From Antedon mediterranea (lineage: Eukaryota > Animalia > Echinodermata), in contig NC_092673.1 in assembly GCF_964355755.1 (NCBI RefSeq), forward strand, positions 20,395,648 through 20,459,647: a stretch of DNA of 64,000 nt, written 5' to 3'. Below the pieces are notes generated by a model, which ran no database searches, was not told the DNA's origin, and worked only from the letters and a program-made list of their open reading frames with translations. Position 1 is the stretch's first letter. Every line of letters begins with the position of its first letter. This document shows positions 26,801 through 38,937 of this stretch, in pieces. Made by a program: the position numbers and the translations under genes.

Positions 26801-29070
26801 ATTTAGTCATGAATTTAGGGCTGTAACCGGAGATCAAGATAGCAATCAAGAATATTGAAAAAAAAATCGAATGCAAAATAATGATATTTTGCAATATCTT
26901 TTGATAGCAAATAAGGTATTCCAATTACAGTATAAAGTATTTGTCTTTTTTTAGTTGAATGTCTGGCTTGCAGGCCTGATACTTAAAACAGGGTTTTGGC
27001 GAATGTTTCGTACAAAAATAACAATATGGTTTTGCCCTAACAAACAATGGAAGTTATATATTTATAAATTTAAACTGTCTAAATCGGAGTCAATATCTAT
27101 TCAAATTAACGCTAAGCAATTTGAATGGTTATACAGGGTTGATGGACGCGTGACCATTACGTCCTTGGAAAAAATCATTACTTGGCATGTTCTCCTAAAA
27201 AAAACGCGTGACAACTCTTGCTGTCAGCTCACCTCATCGAATAAGCCACGAGTGCTCCGCCTCAGCAAAAGACATGGACTTAACTCTTAGTTTGAGGGCG
27301 ACGGACTAATATTATATCACGTCATGTGAGATACAATATTATTGAATAATCATGTGTATAGGCCTATAGATGGGTATAGCGATAAATTAAAAAAGTATCG
27401 GACCATAGGTGCATTTTTGTTATTTCCTTCTGGCTTGTTATTGAGGGGATTTAATGACCAACCTTTGAGCCTAAGGGGTTCGACAGGGACCATGATAACG
27501 GCTCTTGTTACATAGGCCCAAATTTGATGCCCGGGCGGTCATTGATCCATATCAATTAGGTTTATGTGTCAATTTATTTATCTTGTTACTAAATAAAACA
27601 ATCTATGGCTGGGTTTTTAATTAGGCTGAATGTAGCTGGCTATCAGCCAATTACATATCGAATACAACTTTTTATTGGCGTCTAGCCAATTGCAGATTTT
27701 GGTAATACAAATTATTATATTTAAATAAATACAGTACAAAACGACTACTGTTTCAACTATATAACATTAAACATCACTTTCCTAAATTGTTTGCATCTAG
27801 ATCGACGACACGATGGGTACGGTAGGCCTACATTAAAAGTTTCAAAGACAATGTTATATAGCCTTTACTTCATGGCTGAAAATCTATATAGAGATAAACT
27901 AAATTGCAAACTGATATAGACCTGTAAATAACTACATTATCGTTTTAAAAATAGTTACACTTTTATTTCGCATCATTCTTTTTTTTTTTTGTTTAAATGA
28001 AATCTGTGTTGTTATTTATGTATAAAATAGCCATATATTTTGTAACTTGAAAAGGTTACTTTATTATTATTTTGTACTACTTTGTAATGTAACCAAGTTA
28101 AGTAATGTATAATGCTTTATGAAATATAGAAAATAAAATAAAACGTATTTGTACAAAAAAAGTTTCGTTACAAGATAGATACATAATGGAACCTATTTAG
28201 TATTGATAATTAATTTACTGATCTTTAAACTGAAAATCTCAGCTCGACATTAAGTTCAAATTAAGTTCAGTATACAAGTGCTTTAGCGTTTACCAAACAA
28301 TTCAAAGTTAAAAATGAAAAGCACTAGAAATAAGCTAAAACGATGCATTCATAACCTTGGTTATTGGCTAAACCATCAATGTTTCTACAGTTATATAAGT
28401 GTACGTGCGAACTGCAACCTGGCGGTAGGCCAAATTGCCAAGCTTCCCCCCTGACCCCAGATTGCCACTGCCTTAACGTTATGTCTAGCCTGGCTAATCG
28501 TTGTTGTACTTAAGCCGTGTTTAAATCACGTTTTATGAATACTAGTGGATTTTAAGTGCTCATTTCATTCATAATTCTTACGTATTCCGGATAAAAATAT
28601 AAATAGATTAAATGGTAAATCATATTTTATGTAATAATTTTGAAACTCGAATATGGTTGTTTTATTTCAGGTGCACATTCCGGATGATAATACTCATGAA
28701 ATATTAAATAAATACGATTATATAGATTCAGATTAATTTTTTTTCGTCATCTATTAAAATGTTTAAAATATATGATATTTATTTCCATAGACAAAAGTTA
28801 AAAATACATTAAAAAAAATGTACAAATGTGGTTAAAATGGTAAAAAGTGAAAACTAATGTTTTATTTAGTAATTTTAAAACTAGAATATGGCTATTTTTT
28901 CATTCATTTCATTTGTCCTGGGCCTATATTATATTCCGGATAGAAACACAAATAAAAATATGATGTAATAAAATAATAAATCATATTTTACATTGTAATT
29001 TTTAAACTCGAATATGGTTGGTTATGGCGATATTTCATATCGGAATGAAAAGTAAAATCACGTAAATTAA

Positions 29071-29605
29071 AGATGTATTGTCCCTTTAACTAATTCCAAA
29101 AAAATTTAAAAAAAAGAGATTTCGAAAAAAGTGGGTTATTTGAAGTATCATAATAGTTATTAATTTTCACAAAAAATTAGTCGAAAAAAATATCATTAAA
29201 CTGAAATACAGTCATTTTTTTGTTCAAAAAATAACTTTGACTTCCATTCAAAGTTTTCGATCAAAACATATCTAATAATGCAACGCGCCTGTTTGGCTAC
29301 TCTGTATGCATAATCATAAAAGCTTCCTCGCGATCTGTTTAAAAACATATTCTCAACCGTGAAAAGTTGTAAAAAATCCTAATTAGCATCATGCATAATG
29401 TGTACTCAGCGTTTGAAATCTTTGTTTACTTTCGCTCGCGACGATTTTCCAGACGAAATGTAATCAAACTAATTTACCTGTTAATTACATAAACTTGTTA
29501 TTTTTGGCTAAAATTTTCGACTTAAAGTGAATAACTTTAATATTACTTTGATATGGGCAATTTAAATTTAGACTATCTTTTTTTGTTTAAAGGAACAATA
29601 CATCT
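29071..29605. mobile_element. Non-autonomous TIR DNA transposon with TTAA TSD (Kolobok-like)
   Basis: ttaa|AGATGTATTGTCCC ... GGAACAATACATCT|ttaa. The internal sequence matches 1195-1530 in reverse complement; related ends at ~4474/4773, 22597/22755 and 40437. Confidence 0.7.
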
Positions 29606-32600
29606 TTAATATATTGTCGTATGTTATATTAACGCCAAATAAATACACTTACACAGAATTATTTTTTTTTATCTTTTGTGGTTAACCGCCACCTTTATTC
29701 ATTCAATGTTACATAAACAACAATTACAGAATCTCATATATGTTTAAATTATTTTATCTATTACAAATATATTGCATATTTAATAAAAAAAAAAGTTGTT
29801 TACTTATAAGTAAACAAATAAATACACTTAACGAAAATATTTGTTACTCGTATTCCTTTAATTCCAAATTTTATGAAAGTTTATAAGCACGTTACATGTT
29901 TTGATTTGAATTTATTAGAAAATCATAATAAAATGCATACAAAGCATATAAATTACTGACATTACAAATAATACATTTATAAACGATTTTCCTAATACAT
30001 TTATAAAAGATTTTCTAATACATTTATAAAAGATATTTTCATAAAATAGTTTATCCATCCTGTAATTGGCGAGTATCTCGCTGTTTGATGCGTATGAAAA
30101 AAATGTTTTTTATTTATTTAAAATTGACATTAATTTTTAAACATCCTTGTTTACAAACTGTATAGTATGTCGGTTTAGTTGAATGAAATTTGACCTCCTC
30201 ACCGACCTACTTCTACAGACAAATCTAAACACAGGTGACCTTCAAGATGGGAAATCGTCTGAGCACCAAAGAATGTCAACACTCAAACGACTGGATTAAA
30301 ACGGATCCTACAGAATACAACCGCGTGAGAGAAGTTACAAATATTCCAAAAACATTTGCCAACAATTCCACTAAAACATATTCTTTTTAAGTTAATTGTT
30401 TAATATTATAATAATTTAATTAGATTTTAAGCCGATTACAATTGTCGGAACAGATGAAAAGAGGTAAACTTTGGTTCTCATTCGGACGCAACGCAACGAC
30501 GTAGGCCCAACGCAATGACCAATCAAATCGGCAGTTCGAAAGATCTATCGCGGCGTGATTGGTCAAAATACTTGCGTTGCGCTTACGTATTAAGCGTTTA
30601 CTCTATGCGTGAAAGCAAGCTCAAGGTAATATACAGTTCATTGATAAAACTCATCGCTGGCAGAATGCCAATACATCGTACGATGTATTCCTAAATTTCA
30701 TACATTGTTTACATTTTATTTTGTTGATGACCTTGTCGTAACTTTTAAAGTAATTCAAAATTTGGCAAAGCAATTTTATTGGTTATCCTGTTTAAATTGT
30801 TTAATTTAGATAGTAAAAGAATAATTCTCGATTGATTTTAATCCAGGAGCACGTATGCCGTCGTTACGAAAACCCTAGATATCTCTCAACCTTCGAATAT
30901 AATATAATCAAATGAATCTAAAACCCGTCCTAGTTACAGGTCTAGTCTTCTAAAACTGTTTTAAATAACACAGACATGGTGTATTAATTAAATATTAGAG
31001 GTTTGGCACTAAATACCAAGAAATCTCAGGCCTAGGTACAAAGTAGGCCCATGCAATCGTCGATTATAAACTTATCAATACTTTTAAATTGGTTCGTAAA
31101 CCCAAGACAATTGGTGCGCGATCATCTTCCAAGAAATACTTGTTGCCTGGAAGATATCGCAGTAAAGGTACCTTGTTATGGAATCTTTTCTGTAGTATTG
31201 CTCATGTTGGATGGACTTATTTAGGATATGATTGGTGGCGACATCACACACCTCCAACACGCCTTCAGTCTGAGTGTACAAGGGGATAAAAAATAATCCT
31301 TCATTCCAATCGTTTGCTGTTTCTTTAAAGACTACATTCTTGGAACAGAAGACGACGGTTTTTTAAATAATGGAAAATCATAAAGATAATAGAATGGCAC
31401 TTTCTTCTGGAAATTACAGAGCTTGAAATGCTTCACTCATAAAATATGTGATACATTATGCGTTGTGTTGGTGTGTGTGAGTATACACACATAGCCTGTT
31501 TTATATTATATGTATTCATACTTTTGCTATAATATATAAAGAAAGAATTCACATGTACTGGAAGTAATAAACTGAATATCTTCTTTTAAGAAAAATGAAT
31601 GTATAAATATTCATGTTAGAAAAACACTATCGCTCTATGATGATGATGAACAACTCTAAAATGTAAATAGGAAATGCTTTTTTTTAAATTTTATATCTAT
31701 TATGTTGTGTTTATTATTTTATGTTTTTTGCGAAGACAGAAGTGTAAACTTCTCTATGCAGGATCCTTGCCATTATTTATGCTATAAAATTATATTTATA
31801 AACGATGAGTAAATAAATGTGAATTAAACAAAAAAGAATGGAAGACGGCATACTTTAAAATAATGGAAAATAATAGAGGAAATTAAACGGCATCGCTGGT
31901 CTACAGTAAGTGAAACAACAAGCTTGTCCGAGAAGACATTTACATTATATATTGCAAATTCAACAAAAATAAATTATATATAAAATCGCATTAAGTGGAA
32001 TAAAGGTCGTTAACAAAATATTAAAAACGTGATTTATTTTCTAATTTTTGAAAACTTTTACAGAAATTCACGATTTAAAGGCCAGGTGCGGGAAAACAAT
32101 TTCTATTGATCATACATTCCAATAATTATCGATCTATTTTATTTGTGTTACATGAGCTTGTTAAAAATAAGTTCGAGGTAAACAGTAAACAGTAAAATCT
32201 CTATTCTTTTGTACACAAATGAAACTATGAAAAATAAACGGTTGACTAAATATAAGGTAATTAACTTAAATGTTACGTTTCTAGTATTTTTATTCAACTT
32301 CAGAGTTTTATTTTCATGTTATAGCAAAAATTATTCACCGTACATCCACCATCTTTTTTCACCTTCTATAGGGAGTCACCAGCCAGATAAATTAAACTAC
32401 CTAACTACTGAAACAAGTCTTCGTGACTTTTGGCAAATGTTGTATTTTACCATTTTTAAGAGAAATTCATGTTCAAATTTTTGTCTTGATTTCTATTACA
32501 AATATTTGATTTATGTATAATTAACCAGATTTCAAATTCATGCCTGTACATGAGCTTTAAAATATCGATGCACCTCAATGTTTCTCTTTAATAATGATAA

Positions 32601-32612
32601 CTTGTGACTAGA

Positions 32613-32717
32613 CTAAACAAGGCCAACAGCCATAAGTCGCGTGCAAAAACGCATAGTGATACCGGACAGACCGACCGACCGACATAGAGTATAGAGTCGC
32701 GTCCACGCGACTAAAAA
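32613..32717 (-). mobile_element. Short Helentron/DINE-1-like (HINE) element
   Basis: The minus strand reads tttttagtcgcgtggacgcgact...(gtcg)n...gcacgcgactt-atggctgttggcc-ttgttt: subterminal IR, GTCN microsatellite, short 3' hairpin and T-rich flanks. Confidence 0.6.
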
Positions 32718-33196
32718 CGCTGATTACCTGGGAAAATTTGTATTCTTAGTATAAGACGAGGCAATATGTACAACATGGCCGCTACTAATAAATGTACATC
32801 CGTTAGAAAAAAAATAAAATTGCACCTTCCTTATAAACCTCAACCATATTTGTCAATCCTACTCAAACTTTTTACATTTACAATAAATCTATTGACTGAA
32901 TACCGGTAGCGGTAGTTCATAAGTAGGTACTTAATCCACACACGTGTTACTAAATAAATTATGTGTGAAAATACCAATAATTGAGCGTTATTTATTAATT
33001 TTTACATGATCATAATAAAGTATGATGCAATTATTCTTCTGTTCCTGCATCTGTCTTAACATTGGTTAAGATCTGAACTTTATTCAGCCCTAATTCATGA
33101 CTCTGGCAAGCTATTAGGATGAAACGTTTCTTAAATCTATTTGCAATCCCAACAAATGGTAGTAATTGTACATAGAAACTTCGGGTGACAAGACCA

Positions 33197-33204
33197 TATA
33201 TAAA
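33197..33204 (+). promoter_or_regulatory. CYT2 TATA box
   Basis: TATATAAA ~100 nt upstream of the ATG at 33302. Confidence 0.6.
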
Positions 33205-33301
33205 ATGAGAGAGAAGAACAAAATGCAATCAGATAGAAAGATCTTCGAAAGGAGAAAAGACGACAGTACCAGACGACCATTGACTATTAGTTTCTTCAGC
33301 A

Positions 33302-35964
33302 ATGTTGCGTAAGTGTTGCATTCAATATTGTTGTTTACTTTTCATAAAATAGTGTGTAAAAATGTATTAAAATTCTAATATTTTAATACTTTTAGAAATC
33401 GTTTTTAAATGTTAAAACATGATTTTAAAGTTCCTTTCAAATAAAATATATATTTTTAATGGAACGAATAACATATTTTAAGGACAGCAGTATAGGCCCT
33501 GAGGCATGGTTAAGTACAAATTACTTCGTTGACAGACCTTTTCCTGACCCTAGTTGTAGAATAGTACATTATTCAATCTATAGGCAACACTCCTGATCTA
33601 TAGCTAGATCCCTTTAGAGCAAGGGTTAATTCGAATAAGCCTATATGTGCGGCTTACTTTACACATCTCAAAGCTGGTAACAAATATTAAAGAAGATTCA
33701 AAATTAAATCTAGCATGAGAGATACGAGGAAATAGTGGTAGAATATGTTTTTATTCTGAGCGGATTTTCGCTCAACTTAGATTCTATTTTCGTTTTCCGC
33801 TTACCATTACCGCTTGTCTGTGTACATTGGCATTAATGTGTAAAACCACCGTATAAATTTCTACATTTCTTCAATTTTTTTTAATACAAGACTTGTGGAT
33901 TCAATCTTTGCTACGTGCGCTACTATATTGAAGATGTATTTAATACTTACTTTGATGGCGTTTAATATTTGTTATTAAGATTTAATTTTTGTTAAAGATA
34001 TTGTAGAGGTATTTATTGGTATAGTGTGCGTAATGACAGTGGCGTCCACCCCGATTGCTACACGAACTTACTACAACGACCTTATATCTGGTTTCAGCAG
34101 TCTACTGGTTGAGAGCAGAGACGTTTTAAACAGATTTGTAAGTTAAGCTATATTCTCAATTTTATAATATAAAAACAAAACAGAGCTAAATCTTAGTTTA
34201 AAACACCTTCTTCGAAAAATAAAAAGTGAACTATTACAAAATCGTTTTAGAAATCGCAACGAATTCAGCAAGATGCAGTTTTAATGTCGACAGTGGAAGG
34301 TCTCCCGGATGTTTCCGCTTTGACATTTCGTACACGTCAAAATATGACAGTAAGTACCAGTACTTAATTATTTAAAGTAAGTTCACCAATTAAAAGTTTG
34401 AATATTTTAATAGGGTATTTTATATTTAATAGTCGAACTTAAGTACAAAACTTAACAAATATAAAATGTTTGTGTATTCATATTAACACCATGATTTTGT
34501 ATAGTCCCTTTTATTGGTCAGTTTGGGCTTTTATAGAATTTTATAAAATTGTATCTTACAAGAGGTGGTCCTTTAAAAGAGGTGGTCATTTATGAGAGGT
34601 AGTGGTCGTTAAAAGAATTTGTTTCTTAGGAGAGGTCACTAACGATAAGAATAATAAGTTTTAAGCTCTATCTACACTATCAAACTTTATGTGACAAAAA
34701 ATGTGTATGTGTCAAAGCACTACCATTTAAGCATATCACACTTTTCTTGTCACATAAAGTTTGATAGTGTAGACAGAGCTTAAGGAAATTATATATGTAT
34801 TGATAATTCTTATGTTTTTTTAGGAAGGTGATCTACTTGAAACACACAAAGTGAATTTACTAATCTATCACTCTGCAATCGCGCTGGTTATTCTAGATGA
34901 ACTTGCCTACTTGGGATCGGGATCGTTTTTATCTGAATTTCAGCATATTTCTGGTGATTTGAACATCGCAGCCTCTAAAGTAATCGGAATTGTATGTACC
35001 GTCAATGAAACACATTCATGTTTAATTAATTATACAATTTACTAATAAAATGATGATAATCATTTCTATTCTGATTGTATATCTAATATTAATTATTCGT
35101 TTCCATTCATTTTCTTCGTGTTGATATACAATTCCTCAATAAATAGATATATTTTATTTTATTGTATTTATTCGGTATATAAAACAGCACAAACATCCCA
35201 GCGGGCAAACCTGTGAAAAAAAAGTAAATAACAAAGACAACGAGGAAAAAAAGCAATTAAACAACCAAAAGTACAACGAACGAATTAATTTGGAAATAAA
35301 AAAATAAAGATAAATATATATTTATAAAATTGTTTATATCTCTACCAACCTTCTTTGTTTTCTACTCTTATTCAGTCTCCACCCACCATTCACCACCCTG
35401 TCTCATTTTGTAATATTTCTTTTATTCCTGTCCACCCAGGCGGCACTTGCCAGTTCGTATGCTATGACATCCAAATTCCTTCACTTGCTCTGATGAAGGG
35501 CTAGTGTTGCCCAAAAGCTCTGCTAACTTTTCTGGCTGTTTTACTTTATCGTTTTGATTTTAGCTTTTCGCTTTTTTTTTGTATCTCCATTGGAGATTCA
35601 GCCACTGATACCCACAGCATTTGTCAATTTTTCAGTAATTTGCCTTTGGATTTATATATATATATATAGGCTAAATAAAGTAAAGGATGAGTATTGAAAT
35701 TAAAATAGTTTATAAAATATACTAAATTATTATCTATTCGATATAAAACAATGATTAATAAGTATACATATCTATTTTGTTTAGATGCATTTCGGGAACC
35801 TTACCGGAACTTGCATTACGTCATCAAACGGCACCCTCTATTTTGACACGACCGCAGATGAAGCGGAGCGAAACGAGCGAGACTATCTGACACTTCTTGC
35901 CGTAGCCTCATACCTTCCAGACACTTTGGCGGATTTTCGAAGACTGAGAAATTTTTATAGATAA
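33302..35964 (+). CDS. CYT2: secreted long-chain class I helical cytokine-like protein (IL-11/CLCF1/CNTF-like), ~197 aa, 5 coding exons
   Basis: Exons 33302-33308 (ATGTTGC|gtaagt), 33998-34137 (alternative in-frame acceptor 34007), 34251-34349, 34824-34991, 35785-35964; phases 1,0,0,0; 594 nt open. Protein: MLHIVEVFIGIVCVMTVAS (signal) TPIATRTYYNDLISGFSSLLVESRDVLNRF / KSQRIQQDAVLMSTVEGLPDVSALTFRTRQNMT / EGDLLETHKVNLLIYHSAIALVILDELAYLGSGSFLSEFQHISGDLNIAASKVIGI / MHFGNLTGTCITSSNGTLYFDTTADEAERNERDYLTLLAVASYLPDTLADFRRLRNFYR*. Confidence 0.85.
34664..34780. mobile_element. Complete short MITE family 1 copy in CYT2 intron 3
   Basis: ~35-bp TIRs agctct[ag]tctacactatcaaactttatgtgacaa / ttgtcacataaagtttgatagtgtagacagagct, flanked by TTA/TAA. 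Confidence 0.85.
35390..35650 (+). mobile_element. Penelope-like element terminal remnant with a degenerate minimal hammerhead ribozyme
   Basis: CTGATGA-AGGGC-tagtgtt-GCCC-AAAA-GCTC-TGC at 35490-35523, plus a gattcagccactgatacccacagcatt block shared with the inverted copy at 53049-53140. Confidence 0.6.
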
Positions 35965-38937
35965 TAAGAAAAGGTTATTCAATAATTATCCAATATTATG
36001 AAAAAACTGTAATAATATTTGTTTTATTTTTATACTACAAAAATTAACCCCTAAAACACTCGACCACCCACTTCAAATGATTTATTTAAACTTCACAAAC
36101 TTCTAAAAACTACCCTACCAAGGTAGTATACAGTAATCTAATATCGCCCTCATCGATCACTTCTATAAATCATGTATAATAATGATCTAGGCTTCTCAAA
36201 TAATTTATAGCTGATTCTCTCTCTATTTTGACGCGATCATTTTGATCAAGGTAACAAAACACATATCTGTTAAATTGTAAGAAGTTGTTATGTACTCACT
36301 GGCCGATCGAGAAATTTCAGAATTAGCGCACCAATCCACAATTTTGGATCCGCCTTGTTCTAGGCCTATACATTTATGTATTGTAATTTTAATATTTTAT
36401 TTAACTATATAAAACATTGTTTTACGATACAAATTAACGTCTATTAGATTCGAGTATATTTTCAACATACTAGTAATGTATATTTATCAATGAATTTTTT
36501 AGATACACATCTGCTAATTATGTAAAAGCAAAATACTTAAGTCTCAATAATCGAAACGCTGACAGGATAATAATGGGTGTGTTTCACTTCCCCCGGGGAA
36601 ACCGCGTGACAGTTCCCCGAGGGAGTGGCATACGTGATAGTCCTGCGGTTCAAAGCATTGGTAAAAACTGTTTAAAATGTAAACAAAATCTCTACATTAT
36701 AATATTCTTGTAAAAATAATATTAAAAATATTTATCGCTCATAGAAAAGAATAAAATGCTTCCAATGTAAATGTGCAATAAAATATATATCTAATAGATG
36801 ACCTTGTTTAGTAATTATTATAATTTGTAGTACTTCATCCAACAACAGAGACCAGACACATATAACTTACTAAAGCTAGCTAGAAGCTACCAGGTTAGTT
36901 CAGGCAGGGGAAAATAAGCATAATGTTATTAGAAAAAAAGTGAGTGATGATGATGACTTAACCTATGCGACATGAAATTGAAATCTTTAGGGTAGGGTAC
37001 GGTACGATTTTAGAATGATGGTCCAATTATACCCCGTGCTGGATCGTTTAAACACAGTGAATTACTTTAAAATCAAAACTTACTGCAAAGCTCTGTCTAC
37101 ACTATCAAACTTTATGTGACAAAGTGCCCATAATATGGACACGTTGAAGTCATATCACTACCATATTTGGGTCTAGCTAGTTTGAGAGTGTAGACAGAAC
37201 TTTAGATTGGACATCTAAACTACATTGACTCGCAACGCACGCAAGGACGTAAGTGCAACTTAAGTAATTTGACCAATCACGACGAATATGCGTTGCGTCA
37301 AAGTGGGAACCAAACTTAAAGCTCTGTCTACACTATCAAACAAACAAAAAAGTGTGATATGCCCAAATATGGTTATGATATGACATCATCATGTCCATAT
37401 AAATGAGCACATTTTTTTACTATAGAGAAAAGGATGAATAGCCAGATCTGAACCAACACCATGGGGTTTAGAGGCAAGTAACCACGCAGCATTCTTATAT
37501 ACAGTATACGTATAAACAAAATACTAACGGCACAACTGATTATTGATTAAAAGAAATCGAGGTATCTTATACCGTGAATGATACCAAGAAACGTCCACTA
37601 TTTGGAAAGGTCATCCTTAGGAGGTTAATTATCCCAATTGATACGCAATTTAAATGTCCATCGTAATGGAACTCAAGTAATGAAATATTGTTACGATTCC
37701 AGGAATTCGGTGTGGTTTGGACAGTTTACTGTTTATTTTTAAAATGATTAATTTTAGATAGACGAGATAAAAAAGAAAAATAATGAGCTCATCCATGGAT
37801 TTGAAGTATGCAAATGCAGCATACCTACTTCATTGTATTTACGATGTGTAAGTACCATGCAGTAGTTTTTAAAAACAACTAAAAGAATGTTTCAATTTAG
37901 GCCTATTCAAAACATATACTTATAGTTTCTAGGGAATTTCATAAAATGTCAAAATAATGTATAAGCCTAGTTGCCTAGTTTATTGAAAAAATACAATCTT
38001 AAGCTATGTCTATACTATCAAACTAGTTTGACCAAAAAAGTGTGATGTGCCCAAATATGGTAGTGATATGCCCAAATATGGCAGTGAAATGACATATGGG
38101 TACATCACATTTTTTGTCACATCAAATTTGATAGTGTAGACGAGATTTAACTGTCATTGGAAACGGGGTTTAAAACGAATTTGGATGTGCACAAATTAGG
38201 AAGTAAAGTTTCTAAATTCGAAAAAAAGCCTACATAGAAGAAGTACGGTGGCAATAGGGGAGAGAAGGGGGATGATTTTTCTACGGGGTTGTCAGATTTC
38301 GCATTCAATTCAATGAACACGTACCGCCAGACTACCACCAAACACAACCTTAAAATTAAAAATAGTCTCAACCTTTTGCACAAAATTAATAAGACTAGGC
38401 CTTGAGTATACGTTTTCTTAAAAATAATAACAATTATTTACAAAAATGAAAACTATCGGCAATTATTCTTTAATTCCGCTTTTAGTGTATCTGAAATATA
38501 TACGTTACCACACCTATTTTAGAATCAACAGATTTACTATGTAACAATGTGTACAAGATCACTCCGCATTGATATCTTAATTGATTAGGGGGTTTTCTCT
38601 AGACATTAAAGTAATCCCTGCTTGCATATTATATTCTGAGTCACGGCAACCCGGATAATTTATTTTGACAGTGTCACATGATGGACAATCATTATTATTT
38701 TATATATTGCATTACTTTAACCATATTTAATCAGTGAATTTAAGTTTTGCCAATAAGTCTGCTTAGGGACGTCTATCACGAAGATAAAGGAAATTGAATT
38801 AAAATCTTCGTTGTCTACGCTGACATAGCGCAATCCTACTGAACTGGTATAAGCCTGTAAAGTCAGCTATCCTCTCAAGAACAGCACATACACATTGCCA
38901 TGACGAGAAGCGATTTAGTAGTATTTAGTTCCGTAAT

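Noticed and set aside
37844-37853. ATGT|gtaagt as a phase-1 mini first exon for CYT3
   Set aside because: No phase-1 acceptor lies just upstream of 38938 that keeps the frame, and CYT3 already has an ATG plus signal peptide. It could still be a 5' UTR exon.
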